Shown here piece after piece: positions 23,661 through 37,349 of a stretch of DNA of 64,000 bases. The position numbers and the translations under genes were made by a program. The DNA comes from Eledone cirrhosa (taxonomy: Eukaryota). The stretch lies in NCBI GenBank assembly GCA_964016885.1, contig OZ024747.1, forward strand, positions 35,030,001-35,094,000. Direction: 5' to 3'. Below the pieces are notes generated by a model that worked only from the letters and a program-made list of their open reading frames with translations, searched no databases and was not told where the DNA came from. How positions within the stretch are numbered: position 1 is the first letter of the stretch; each line of letters opens with the position of its first letter.

Positions 23661-26227
23661 CGCATTATAGGTTTGTGCATTTATTATAACAATCGAAGCT
23701 TTAAGTTACTCAGATATATAATTTTATAAGATTTGTACACCTCTTTTTTTTATATCATTTAATATCGTATTAGTGGTAAAATAAATAGTTCCTAAATGTG
23801 TATCAATTGTACAATTTATCAAGTTTCTTACTTGGATACCTGAAGTTACATGTTTCTTAAATAAATAAAAAAAATACACAATGTATAATTATAACTATTT
23901 TCCTTCCAGAAGTAGAGTTTATCGACAGAAATTACATCACCCTTGTATCTGGTAATGTAAATTGACGTCACATCTTTCAAACAGTTTTCTGATACTGGCA
24001 TCACCGCAAGTTTATATAATGCTAAATTCATAATATATCAATAATCTGCTGATTCTACCGAACATCGTCTGCCGGTTATTTTCTCAGATAATTTCTGATT
24101 AATTGACTGTTGAAATAGCCGAAATTATAGAGCAGTTGCTCTATTACTCTTTTAGTGAATTTCCGTTTACAAATGTCTTAACTGTTTGATTGTATTAACT
24201 ATGGTACTGAGAGTTACATATATTTTACGATGACAACTGCGTCAGGGCGATAGGCGAATGGCGTATATTGACCTGAAACCAAAGGCATGATTCTCCTTTC
24301 ACGCGGTCCACCAACACGCATGTTCGTAACTCACTCACGCACTAAAAAAAACGCATTTCTAGTATTCTATGACTCGCCTGCTTATAGAACGTGCTGTTAG
24401 ATCACATAGCGTAAATAACATAAAAAGGAAACTGAATATAAACATGTTTCCAACAAATAATTAAACAAAGAATCAAGAAAAGAGAATTACACAAAATTAG
24501 CAGAATACACGTACTGATTAACACATTTGAATGGGAGTTGAAACGAAGGGACAATAGTTCTCCTAATTGGCTTGTTAGATATATCTCTGCCTGTTTGACG
24601 TCAAGGAGGTTCTCCCCTCTCTTTAAAGTTGAATTACGATTAAATTAGAGCCAACTTATTTATGATGGAAATGTGAAGTCGGTACTTTGTAGTGCATTAC
24701 TCAATTGTACTGTACTGTTTGTCAAATATCAATCACCTTCTAAGACTTATTCTTGCCAAATCTTATATATGAAGGATTTGAGTTTGACATAGAAAATAGT
24801 TATGAAGAGAACGTTAAGCCATATACGTATATATTCTTTCTTCATTGAGCATCTCTTTTTATCGTATATTCCACAATTAAACCTCTGACGTATTTGGTGT
24901 TCTTTCTTCACCTTTATTCAAGGGAAAGAAACAATATCATGAATACAAGTGCGGTATATGCGTACATTTTATAGATATTTTACAATATAGATTAATAAAC
25001 CCACTTGTATTCGAGGATATCGAAATCTAAAATCACTAAATTTCTAAAAGCTGAATTAAAACCATTAACAATAATTCATTCGTAGCGCATGAACTAATGA
25101 ATGTTGGAGTTAAAAATCATTGCATAGCTCTTAATAACGACAGAACATATGTCCAATTGCCAAATAGCTTATGGAAATAAAATAATACTGGAGCTGTGAA
25201 AATGATGCTTTTGTGTTGTGTCATTCTTATTTCTATCAGACTATTGTGACATGTCGGCAAGAGATTTTTAAATGTTGATTAATGAAGTACTTAGCTAATG
25301 TTTCAGTATATGCTTAGGAAAATTTCAGATCATCACACGAAGCTGATACAACTTTCATCATTATTGAAACTGGAACTGGTTGCCTGCAGTATAATTTTGT
25401 TATAACGTTGTTTTTTCAGAATTGTTAGAGTGCCAGATTTGAGGCATGTTTCCTGCATTTGGCGCCTAGGTACATAGGCTGATTACACTCCTATGCATAC
25501 GCCTCGGTAGGCTGGCTCGGCCTAAACAAGAAATAAAATTCAGGTGTTCGCTCCAGCATAGCTGTATGCATATATGTATGCGTATTCTGTATATTGAATG
25601 ATATAGGGCATGTTTACAAATAAACATAGCCTTGATAACGACCATCAGTCAGGACCTACCACCGCTAATCCGCATTGTTGGAGCGAACACCTTACCTTAA
25701 TTGTATATATATATATGTATCAATATATTAATTTCAAGAACGTCAGTATTCCGTGTGTCATAATTCTCGATTATCATTGGTTCATAGGTTTCAAACGACT
25801 CCGCCCACCTCAACGACGCCAAAGTGAAATTAATATGCATAATGCCAATGATGGAGTGAGAGGGGAGAGTGTGAACGCTATATGTGTCAGTGTAGAGACA
25901 TCTGTGTGTGTGATGTGTGTGGAAATAAGAGGTGAAGGAAAGCAATAACTATTAACATGCGTGCGTGTGTATGTACGTGCGCGTATGTTTATGTGTGTGT
26001 GCGTGCGTGCAGCGTTCCACAGAAAGTAAAAACTATCAACATGTGTGAGTGTGTGCGTGTGTATGTTTGTGTATACGCGATTCCATGCGTCTATGTGTGT
26101 GGCGTTCCACAATCACCACGCTGTTTATCTGTATGTGAGCCTGTCTGTCAGTCTAACATACACATAGTTGGGAAGGGAGTAAATAGGGACCTTTTTTTAC
26201 ATTGACGGACATCTTTTATATTAATTA

Positions 26228-26573
26228 TCTATATCTATATCTACATATAATATAAAAGATTGGAACTTCCATCATCCATTTCAGAAACGTGGAACAACCA
26301 CGTCTATGCAATGATACACGTTTTACAGTCAGGCAGAAGATGAACCATCTCCTAGAGGTCACTATTCTAGGTGGGAGCATATACTATGCACAAACAGTAC
26401 AACGAAGTATCTGGTATATTCGGAATATTTTTTTTCACTGTTTTCTGCATCACACAGACACAACGGACTCGCCTCATACTGTAATCAGACAAACATCCAA
26501 TACAGTCATTTTCTCTTTTACCTGTCTTCTCTTATCATCTGTTTACCCGGGCGAAGGTGGGTACGTCAGCTAG
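26228..26573 (+). mobile_element. Mini-Helitron with helicase C-terminal remnant
   Basis: TC start; RNVEQPRLCNDTRFTVRQKMNHLLEVTILGG (cf. RNLxPPRLCNGTRL); end cccgggcgaaggtggg-tacgtcagCTAG|t. Confidence 0.75.
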
Positions 26574-27187
26574 TATATATGTGTGTATATATAGCGGCGA
26601 TGAATTAGTTTTGCGAGGTTTTTTATATGAAATCGTGTGTCGAAACAGATATTGTTATATTTGGGGAGGGTCATATTTGCGTAATATTGCCAGAATTAAT
26701 AACAGAACACACTCACTGTTTGGTTGGTTTTCGCTTCTCGCTGTCTTTTATATATATATATCTGCGATCTAACTTACTCGGTCCTCAATGTTGCCATTGA
26801 CTGACCGGCGGTCAAAAATAATACAGATACAATATAGACACAAACACATATATGTAGTTTACATAATTTACATAAATCTTTCGTTGCACATCTGCAACAT
26901 CGTCAGTGGTGTTATATTCATTGTTCCTCCTGTTGTGTTGTATGTCTACGCCATTTTTTTTTTTTTGTTCAGTCTGTCTATATATTTATTTATTTATTTG
27001 CTTGTTTGTTTATCTTATTTTATGTTGTCTTCTTTGCGCATGCGTTTGCGTGTGTGTATAGTGTTATGTGTGATGTGTGACTAGTGTGTATAGTGTTGTG
27101 TCTGCTGGGTGACTAGTGTGTGTTTATGTGCTTGTGTATGTATTTATTTATCTTATTTTATTTAATTTTATTTACTTATTTATACTT

Positions 27188-27779
27188 CTCTTAGGTCAGT
27201 GTTGTTTGTTTGGGTGTTGTTGTTGTTCCACTCATTCTTTCTGTTTAGCTTTGGTCTTCTAATTTCTATTTCACTGGCCTCTCTGATTTGCCTATCTGCT
27301 GGGTCATTCCTATGTTTAGATATTATTCTAATTTCTATGTTGTATATGTTACCGTCATGTTGTTGTCTAGCATGTTCGTATAGTACTGACCCGTTTTTTT
27401 CGTCCTTTTAGTTCCCCCCAGTGTTGGTCTATCCTTTCACCTATGCTACGAGCTGTCTCACCTATGTATGTTGTTGTCATGTTTCTGCAAGTACCCTCTG
27501 TACATCTTATGCTATAGACTACGTTTCTAGTTTTACAGTTTATCCGGGGGTTCACCTTACAAATGATACATTTCCTATTGGTACAGTGGGTTTTCTTAAA
27601 AGGGTAGGTTTTGCTGATCAGGGATTTTATGGTGGTTCCTGGCTTTTCTACCACCTTTATTTTTAAGTGGGTCTTTCTCAGGGCCTTTCTACACTGGTTA
27701 GCTAATTTCCCTCCAGGGGTGGCGTCCACAAACATGACACTCTGTTATCTCTGGTTGTCGTACCATGATGTGACCTTCC
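27188..27779 (-). pseudogene. PLE linker and GIY-YIG endonuclease (frameshifted)
   Basis: MFVDATPGGKLA..CTNRKCIIC..NVVYSIRC..YIGETARSIGER. Confidence 0.9.
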
Positions 27780-28973
27780 CTATCTTATTCTAGCCCTATC
27801 TAAGCTATTCCATGATTTGCTCCTGTATAGTGGGCAAATTCCTTTCATGTCCAGTTCTATGAGGGTCTTATACTTTTCCATGGCTCCTTCGTATACTCTG
27901 ACTCTGTCTCTTTGGTTGTAGCCAGAGAACTGTCTGCGGTTGATGAAGTGTTGGATGTGTCCTTCCATTTCTGTTGGGTCGCACATGCTGGACACATTCT
28001 TCATCACTCGTACCAAATCTGCGATCAGAATATTAAACTTAGCACTACTGGACATTGCTGAGTTTTTGAGTATCAGGTATTTGGAGGCCATGGGTTTAGC
28101 ATAGTGTGAGTGGAGAATTTGGGCTCTCTCGTCTATAGTGTTAATCCAGAGTTCTGTGTCTAATACAGGTAGTCTATTGTTAGGGTGTTTGGAAGGGAAG
28201 TCTATAGTTACAGTTATACTCTGGTGTATGGAATTAGCTATCTGCTGGATGCTTTCCATCGTGCTACGTTCTAAATCAAACTTGTTAGTGCTCTCTAGTG
28301 GGGGTGTTCTTATAACTATATTGATATCGTCTACATAACGAGAGTACATGATGAGGTCTATGGAGCTTTCATTAAGGAGATCTTTAAGTCTCCTTTCCCA
28401 CCATACCATGAAAAGTTTGGCAACATCACCAGCTATGCTGACGCCGATGGCTGCTCCCTCATTTTGGGTGTAGATTTTCTCATTGAACTTAAATATGTGG
28501 CCCTTTAGGGTAGTTTTGATACTAGCCCCTATTGCATGTGCGACCATTTTTCTTACCTGATCAGTGTTTTGGGGGGTCCGTATAGCTTTGGTCCACCCAA
28601 TCCACCTTCCTATGGGAGTCTTTTTAGCCATTGAGGTTATGGTGGGGGGTCTACCTCTTATAGGTCTACTAGGGCAGAAACATCTAAGGTCATTGCTGTC
28701 TAGGTAGTCAGTGTCGTAGGTAAGTCTAAGTAGGAGGCCCAGTTCGTCTGTGTCGACGTCGCAGAACTCCACCTCACTCTCAATGATCATCTCCACACAT
28801 CTTTTCACAGCAAAATCAATGTTAATGGATGGGTACAGTGACACCACATCCATGCTGCCTATTATGCAGTTGGATAGGCTCCTGTTTTTGTTGCACTCAC
28901 TGATTCTGCTGAGGAGGTCCTCTGTACTTTCACATACATCTGGGGACATCTTGATTATGGGGCGTATAACCAT
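27780..28973 (-). CDS. PLE reverse transcriptase (397-aa open segment of a disrupted ORF)
   Basis: IGSMDVVSLYPSI, QNEGAAIGVSIAG, YSRYVDD, LPVLDTELW, HYAKPMAS. Confidence 0.92.
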   Translation of the reverse strand: MVIRPIIKMSPDVCESTEDLLSRISECNKNRSLSNCIIGSMDVVSLYPSINIDFAVKRCVEMIIESEVEFCDVDTDELGLLLRLTYDTDYLDSNDLRCFCPSRPIRGRPPTITSMAKKTPIGRWIGWTKAIRTPQNTDQVRKMVAHAIGASIKTTLKGHIFKFNEKIYTQNEGAAIGVSIAGDVAKLFMVWWERRLKDLLNESSIDLIMYSRYVDDINIVIRTPPLESTNKFDLERSTMESIQQIANSIHQSITVTIDFPSKHPNNRLPVLDTELWINTIDERAQILHSHYAKPMASKYLILKNSAMSSSAKFNILIADLVRVMKNVSSMCDPTEMEGHIQHFINRRQFSGYNQRDRVRVYEGAMEKYKTLIELDMKGICPLYRSKSWNSLDRARIR

Positions 28974-30152
28974 TGAGAGGAAGTAGGAGATCCTGTAGTT
29001 GCTAGCTATATTAGCTCCGCATACGGGTCTTGTTGGTGGTCCTGTTGTCGGGTCGTCGACTGTCTTGTGGGCTTTGCGGAGCCCATACAGGGTGGTATGC
29101 CATTGTTAGACGCCTGGAAGTTGTTGGCAGTGCGGCTGCTTGGCTTTAGGATGTCAGTCCACATCATCATGTGAGCGTTGAGGATTTTTTCTCTCCCATC
29201 GTGTGTTAGTTGTGCAACTTCGCTCGTGTTGGTGATGTGGGGTTGCATTGCCTCGATGTAGTTCGGCATGCTATCTATTGACGTACAGAGGGTACTTGCA
29301 GATGTACAGAGGGTACTTGCAGAAACATGACAACAACATACATAGGTGAGACAGCTCGTAGCATAGGTGAAAGGATAGACCAACACTGGGGGGAACTAAA
29401 AGGACGAAAAAACGGGTCAGTACTATACGAACATGCTAGACAACAACATGACGGTAACATAGACAACATAGAAATTAGAATAATATCTAAACATAGGAAT
29501 GACCCAGCAGATAGGCAAATCAGAGAGGCCAGTGAAATAGAAATTAGAAGACCAAAGCTAAACAGAAAGAATGAGTGGAACAACAACAACACCCAAACAA
29601 ACAATACTGACCTAAGAGAAGTATAAATAAGTAAATACAATTAAATAAAATAAGATAAATAAATACATACACAAGCACATAAACACACACTAGTCACTCA
29701 GCAGACACAACACTATACACACTAGTCACACATCACACATAACACTATACACACACGCAAACGCATGCGCAAAGAAGACAAAATAAAATAAGATAAACAA
29801 ACAAGCAAATAAATAAATAAATATATAGACAGACTGAACAAAAAAAAAAAATGGCGTAGACATACAACACAACAGGAGGAACAATGAATATAACACCACT
29901 GACGACGTTGCAGATGTGCAACGAAAGATTTATGTAAATTATGTAAACTACATATATGTGTTTGTGTCTATATTGTATCTGTATTATTTTTGACCGCCGG
30001 TCAGTCAATGGCAACATTGAGGACCGAGTAAGTTAGATCGCAGATATATATATATAAAAGACAGCGAGAAGCGAAAACCAACCAAACAGTGAGTGTGTTC
30101 TGTTATTAATTCTGGCAATATTACGCAAATATGACCCTCCCCAAATATAACA

Positions 30153-30221
<69 letters not shown>

Positions 30222-30253
30222 TGTATGTATGTATGTATGTATGTATGTATGTA

Positions 30254-30324
<71 letters not shown>

Positions 30325-30528
30325 CGAAGAGATTCTTTCGGTAAAAACAGGAGCAAGCAGGAGAAGGCACTCGCTATTCGGAATTTTTAGTTACGATGGA
30401 GATTTTATCGGAGCATACTGTTCTCATAACAACAACAAATTCACGAAAGACTTCTCTATTGCATGGAGCACCGTGGAAATAATTATAATGATTAAACGAT
30501 TTATGTAACACCAGCACTTTTATTCTTG

Positions 30529-30570
<42 letters not shown>

Positions 30571-30574
<4 letters not shown>

Positions 30575-30787
30575 CCCGGTCACTGAAATGTGCATAGTGT
30601 TTGTAATAAACTTTTAAGAGATTTAAGCAGTCCAGCTTCCTGTCATTTTACTCAATAATAATTAACTATGTTCTCGTACGACCAACAAGATTCAACATAA
30701 ACGAAGATGGGTGAGTTGCATTACGTCGGGTGCTTTTCCATGATTACATTACGGTTGACTCTATGGGATGACCAGTTCTATCCAGTG
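30571..30787 (+). mobile_element. Family C fragment joining the HHR 3' half to the unit start
   Basis: gtcactGAAAtgtgcaTAgtgt..cctgtcattt matches 44055-44128, then ttgcattacgtcg..ccagttctatccagtggtgaac matches 12097-12193. Confidence 0.7.
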
Positions 30788-30825
30788 GTGAACAAACAAA
30801 TCTAAATGTGTATACATATATATAT

Positions 30826-31672
30826 ATCCAAAATTAAATTAAGTGTGTCATTTCCGAGAGACATGCGCCATATCCACTGTAGAATATGCTCAAAGATTCC
30901 AATGAATAGATCCGAGCATTTTATATCAACTAGAAATTGATTGACATATATATCTACATGAAACAATCACAGGGAATAATTTGTAAATTGTGTAGGCACA
31001 CACAGCTAGGTAGGTAACTAATTATATTTAACTAGTACTTGAAACATTTAACTCGTACTTGAAATATTTAACTAGTACTTTAAATACTTTTAAAATGATT
31101 AAACTTCCTTGTATATATTTCATTAAATACGTGGATATGGAGCATGTCTCTCCGAGACATGACACCGTTAATTTAATTTGAGGGCAAACACTAAAATATA
31201 TTTGGGAATTATTTATACTTAATTCGACGTTCTCAATTATACGGCCCCTTAATTGTAGAGCTAACTCAGTTGAAAGGACTCGGCTCCTATACCTAGCTGC
31301 CGATAATCCTATTCACGCCACTGGGATGACGCTGGTACGATGTGTATTTTTAAGAAAATGCATCACGTGCTACGGGTTATTCCGAGATTTGCATTTGCTG
31401 TGTAAACACAGATAGTTACATCTTCTCCCTTGTTGACAATTCGGATTCTGATTGCCGTGATTTACCGATTAATGGTGAAATATATTTCTTTAATGAAATA
31501 TATACAAGGAAGATTAATCATTTTAAAAGGTATCTATAATTGAAGTTCTAGTTAAACTTTAATTAGTTACCTACCTACCTGTGTGTGCTTACACATCTTA
31601 CAAGTTAACCGCTGTGATTGTTTCAAGTAAATATATATATATATATATATATATGTAAATTAATTTCTAGTT
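30826..31672. repeat. Overlapping imperfect inverted repeats
   Basis: 30830-30877 vs 31131-31180; 30929-31044 vs 31541-31672; 31085-31126 vs 31490-31532. Confidence 0.7.
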
Positions 31673-31685
31673 TATATATATATAT

Positions 31686-34600
31686 GAAAAAGTATGATCC
31701 CGACGGCAGAGCTCAAGCCGTTTCGAGGGCGATTTCTGGACTAAATTAGAATTGTTAGCCTGGTGAATAAATAGCCGTACTTGTCAAGAGGGTACTTCCT
31801 TATATGGGAAGATTGTAGTTGTCAAGAGGATTGGTTAAAATATGTTGTAAACACAAATAAGTCAATCATGGCATTTTGTTGGGAGGTAGGGGTGGCTGAA
31901 ATTGCCTGTAGAACAATAGGGGTGTGAGTGGAGCGGCCGAGCATTGAAGGTAATGTATATACAGCAGATTCTAAGGATAATGTATCAAGTCGAAGAGGGA
32001 GGTTATAGAATAGGTAAATCGAATGAGAGTAGGAGACAATAAAAGATAATAGAAAGAAATAAAAAAATATATAAAATTAGATAGTGAGAAATGAATAAGA
32101 AAATATCACAATGCTATCTTACAATTACAGGTTAATAAGTTAAGAATAGAAAAACACTTGTAGAATGAGTAGTAACAAAATTGATACAAAATTAAAGGGA
32201 TTTTAACACATCTGCTATAAGTAGTTAGTAAAACGTATTCGGCCAATTCTATATTAAAATTACAGGGATTGGGGAACTGATGCCAGAGAGACCCGATGGG
32301 CTGCATCGTGGTAGGCGAAAGGGGAAAAACAGACGAGGAGGGAGAAAGGGGGTGGAAGGAAGTGATAGGATGAGAGAGAGGGGAAAATAAGACAACCCTA
32401 TGCTCTCACCCTTCGAGAACGACCCTTTTCCACCTGGTCAAGAACATTAAATTCAAACCCAGACACAACAGATTCCTACACCAACTCCCTAACAAAATAA
32501 CAGAGTATGAAAACACCAACAATATCATGGTGCACTCGGACAAAACTGGAAACCTCTACTTCGTCAACCCTGACAGATACCACACACTGATCAGGGGCAG
32601 CCTAATCTCCCCCTATAAAAAGGCTAACCATTCAATTATCGAGGACATAAATCGAGATGGACAACAAATTACATCCAGCCTGGGTGTCGCCGACCGCACT
32701 GAACCTCTAGACCCACGGACCCCTTACTTCACACTGAAGGAGCATAAATCCGACGGACCGTAAACCATCCATGATCCGAAGTCGGACATAGGGAGAATCA
32801 GTAAAAAGATCCTAGACTGAGTTATACCAAAAGTTAAGCAAAACGTGAGTCTTAGCCTCTGGGTCAGCACCCAGGAAGTAATCTTATGGTTCAGGAACAT
32901 GGAGGTCAAACGAGACACACAATTCATCCAGTTTGACATAAAGAGTTGCAATGCATCTATTACCTTTGATTTTGCCGAAACACTCAAACCCATCACTGAG
33001 CAGGAAAGAAATATCATTCTCCACGCCAGGAAGACAGTCCTACTTTTCGACAACTCTAATTCGATAAAGAGAGCTCCCGATTCCCCCTTCGACGTCAGTA
33101 TAGGCGCGACGAATTCGGCCGAGGTCACAGATATTTAGAGGATTATTCCTACTATTTAAACTCACCAAAATGTTTCCTGCATTCGGCGATGGATTGTACC
33201 GGGATGATGAGCTCCTCACCCTCAAAGGGTACAACGCCAGTAATACAGACCGGGTCCGTAAACAACTAATCAACTTCTTCTGGGACTGGAGATTTAAAAT
33301 CACCCTACAAACGCCCCTAACCCGAGTCAATTTCCTGGACGTTACTCTTAACGTCGAAAATGATCTGTACTACCCATACAAGAAAACAAACGTCAACCTG
33401 CACTACATCCACCGCCGCTCTAACCATCCTAGAAACATCACCAATAACCTGGTTAAAAACATCTCCCTCTGCATATCTCGTTTGTCCGCTAATGAGCAGA
33501 TATTCGACGAACATGCGCCTCATTACAACCAGGCCCTCATGCGGAGTGGCTTCCGGGAGGAAATATCCTTTTATCCAGCTTCCATTAGCGGATCCAGCAG
33601 GCGACACCACCGCTCACGCAACGTATCGTGGTTCAATCCTCCCCATAATGCCGAGGTGGCAACACCTATCGGGAACATCTTATTTAGACTCCTCGAAAAA
33701 CACTTCCCACTACAACACCGCTACCACAACATAATCAACAAAAATACCATCAAACTCTCCTACAGCACCACACCTAACTTCGCACAAAACATCGTCTCCT
33801 CAAACAACGAAAAACTTAACCCCTATGGGAGAAATAACCTAGATATCAGTGGAGAGTCGACCAGGAGGTGTAAGTGCCCTGATAGATTTACGTTCCCGCT
33901 CAACACCAAATGCCGAGAACGTAACGTGATCTAGCAGTGCAACGTGAGGACGGACACTTCCAACAAAGCTTATATAGGATTAACCGCGTGTGACTTCAAG
34001 ATCCGGCTCTACCAACACCGACATACTTTTCAAAACCCGGTCCGGCGATATGCCACTACACTTTCGGGCCACATTTGGGACCTCCACGATAATAATATAA
34101 CCTACAATCTCACTCGGAGCTTACTGTCCAGAGCTAACTCTTACACGGGAGGACGCCGTCTGTGTAACCTATGCTCGGAGGAAACATTACAAATGATATT
34201 TTCGAAGGACCAACTCCTAAACAAGAAAGACGAACTGGTAACCGCATGCAAACAGATTTTGTAGGACTTACCTCGCCCTCAAACCCATAACGACCCGGGT
34301 GGGTAGACAAAGGTTGATAACCCCCCACTAGCCGAATAAGTTAGGGGAACCCCAACTTATATAGGTAGATGTATGTCTTTTTTTTCCCTTTGTATTCTTT
34401 TTCCCCCTGTCTCATCCTATCACTTCCTTCCACCCCTTATTTTCCTCCTCGTCTGCTTTCTCCTCTCGCCTTCACCGATGCAGCCCATCGGGTCTCTGTA
34501 GCATCAGTTTCCCCACCCCTGTAATTTTAAGATAGAATTGGCCGAATACGTTTTACTAACTACTTATAGCAGATGTGTTAAAATCCCTTTAATTTTGTAT

Positions 34601-35175
34601 CAGTTTCGTTACTACTCATTCTAGAAGTTTTTTCTATTCTCAACTTATTAACCAGTAATTGTAAAGTAGCATTGTGATTTTTTTTTTCATTTCTCACTAT
34701 CTAATTTTATATATTTTTTATTTCTTTCTATTATCTTTTATTGTCTTTCTACTCTCATTCGATTTACCTATTATATAACCCCCCTCCTCCACTTCATACA
34801 CTATCCTTAGAATCTGCTGTATACATATCACCTTCAACGCTTGACCGGTCCACTCACTCCCCTATTGTTCTACAGGCAAGTTCAGCCACCCCTACTTCCC
34901 AACAAATGCCATGATTGTCTTATTTGTGTTTACAACAAATTTTAACCAATCCTCTTGACAACTACAATCTTCCCATATAAAGAAGTACCCCTTGACAAGT
35001 TCGGCTATTTATTCACCAGGCTAACAATTCTAATTTAGTCCAGAAATCGCCCTCGAAACGGCTTGAGCTCTGCCGTCGGTGTCATACTTTTTCCTATTTC
35101 CCACTCTAATGCCCTAAGTATTGAGTACTCTGGTGCGTTATGTTCCATCTGGTTCCTTACCACAATTCTTTTGTT
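31686..35175 (+). mobile_element. Penelope-like element (Naiad-like) with ~700-bp inverted terminal arms; decayed RT and GIY-YIG at 32398-34300
   Basis: SDKTGNLY, FIQFDI, GLYRDD, VNFLDVTL, SNHP, WFNPP, IKLSYS, YIGLTACDFKIR, CNLCSEE. 31686-32395 is approximately the reverse complement of 34390-35093. Confidence 0.95.
34987..35082 (+). ncRNA. HHR with compensatory C3U/G8A core (mirror copy 31697-31793, minus strand)
   Basis: acccc-TTGACAA-(~56 nt)-GAAA-cggc ttgagctct gccg-TC-ggtgt. Confidence 0.65.
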
Positions 35176-35192
35176 ATATATATATATATATA

Positions 35193-35382
35193 ATAGTTTC
35201 TACTTTTGGAACAAGGCCAGCAATTATTCCAGTGTATTACTGGTACTTTATTTTATTGACCCCTTAAGGATGAAAGGGAAAGTTAAGCTCGGCAGGATTT
35301 GAATTCAGAGCATAAAGGGTCGTAACTCTTTGCTGAAAAGCATGGCGTGCGACCTTCTACTGATACTGCCAATCCATCGCCA
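35193..35382 (-). mobile_element. tRNA-derived SINE, full length
   Basis: Same family as 18514-18703. Confidence 0.85.
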
Positions 35383-36879
35383 TATATATAATGATGGAGA
35401 CTGGGGATAGATAGTGAGAGAGAGACAGAAAGAAAATTGTGAGGAAAACGTTGATAGACAGAGAATTGGATTGATAAATTCACTGATATCAATATAGACA
35501 GAGAACAACATGTGTGTACACACAACGTCAATCCTAACACCATGGAAATGTAATGAAAGGCATTCCAGTTTTCAATTAACTAATACGTATAATCAATTAA
35601 GTGCAGCACTTCACTGAGCATAATTGCTGTACTATTTATGCAGTTATTTAAAAACTCATAAATCTCATGATGTATATTTATTAATAAAGAACTAGCTAGT
35701 GTATATTTGTAATGAAATTACTATAATTTGAGGGCAAACACTAAAATATATTTGAGAATTATTTATACTTAATTCGACGTTCTTAATTATTTATATTTCA
35801 ATACATTTATATTCCTCTATGTCTGTAGACACGCACACAAATGGCACATACATATTTATGTTTTATATATTTCTATGAATTTAAAAAAAAAAAAATATAT
35901 ATATATATATATATGTCTGGCTCCGTACACGCCATCGTTAAAGTCACACACACAACACAATATCTCATATACACACGCGTAAACATAACACGTGTATTAT
36001 ATGTATGGGATATATATATATACATATATATGAGATGATAATTTAAATTTCGTTTGCGTAGATCAAATAAATTATGTTTGAAATGAATGCGCAAACAAGA
36101 TAAATATGGAGGATTGCTTACCAAATATTTATTCTTGTCGTGTTCTTTGCATGGTACGTATCATAGGTATCCACTTAAAAGATCACGGAGTATTTAAAGG
36201 TATAAGTATGGTACAAAAAAAAAACAAGGAAGAACTAGGCAGGAAGAAGTGTTCAGAAGGAGAAATGTACAATTACAATAACCGATAGATGTTTCTATCG
36301 TCAGAGAGTTCATCGGTTCGAGCAGGTCCGCCCCTGCTCCGCCTCCCGTGACATGATTCTCACAACAATATCTTGTCTATAAATAAAAGGACGATCTAAT
36401 TGACATTTAGTAATTTTAAAGTGCCTTAATCTCATGTAAGGATAGTATGCTAGTAAACCTATGCAGGGTATAAATGATCCCCAAACATTAATGGACAAAA
36501 TCTGTGTCGTTTAGACTTGAAATAGTGACTTCTAGTATGTAGTGCATTGTGAGGAACTTCAGAAATGTAGCAAAATTAGGAAACACAAATCATCAGTTTG
36601 AAGAAATACTTCTTAAGATGTGTTAAAAACGTTAGAAGAGATTCTATTGAATGTAGTTCTAATGTATGACATGTATGAATATAATTTATACCTGGATTGT
36701 TTTGATAAATTATTGAATCAATCTATTGCGTGAAATCTAAACGATAAATAAAACCCTAGGAGATTAAGTCGTAATAAAATGAGACATTATATCAGCAACG
36801 AATAATCTATTCTCTTTAATGAACTATGATATCTTGCTCAACTTATAAGAATTTTCCGCACTTTATTTGCACGACAACA

Positions 36880-36945
<66 letters not shown>

Positions 36946-37000
36946 ATATATAAATGCATATATATACATATATATATATATACATATATGTGAGTGTATA

Positions 37001-37035
<35 letters not shown>

Positions 37036-37037
<2 letters not shown>

Positions 37038-37220
37038 CGAAGGAAATGTGGTAAGGAACCAGGTGGACCATAACGCACCAAAGTACTCAATACTTGAGGT
37101 AGTAGAGTGGGTAATAGGAACCAGTAAGACCCCGACAGCTGAGCTCAAGCCGTTTCGACGGCTAATTCTGGGATTAGCCGTCGAAACGGCTTGAGCTCAG
37201 CTGTCGGGGTCTTACTGGTT

Positions 37221-37225
<5 letters not shown>
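37036..37225 (-). mobile_element. Mini fold-back PLE terminus (family of 31686-35175); another tail fragment at ~21310-21395
   Basis: 37114-37166 is the reverse complement of 37173-37225. The tail matches 35055-35175. Confidence 0.85.
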
Positions 37226-37259
<34 letters not shown>

Positions 37260-37314
37260 GCATATATATAAATGCATATATATACATATATATATACATA
37301 TATGTGTGTGCATA

Positions 37315-37349
<35 letters not shown>

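Larger units (their letters stand above)
26590..30156 (-). mobile_element. Penelope-like element, 5'-truncated, with inverted copy of its 3' end (29283-30156)
   Basis: RT and GIY-YIG on the minus strand. 26649-27503 is approximately the reverse complement of 29303-30156. Flanked by microsatellites. Confidence 0.95.

Noticed and set aside
29899-29926. CTGACGA-stem-GAAA in a PLE terminal region (also 26878-26906 and 16484-16511)
   Set aside because: No matching helix III or NUH strand could be found, so it was not called as a complete ribozyme.
31025-31085. Three 20-bp tandem copies (atttaactagtacttgaaa)
   Set aside because: Minisatellite without spacers; not CRISPR-like.
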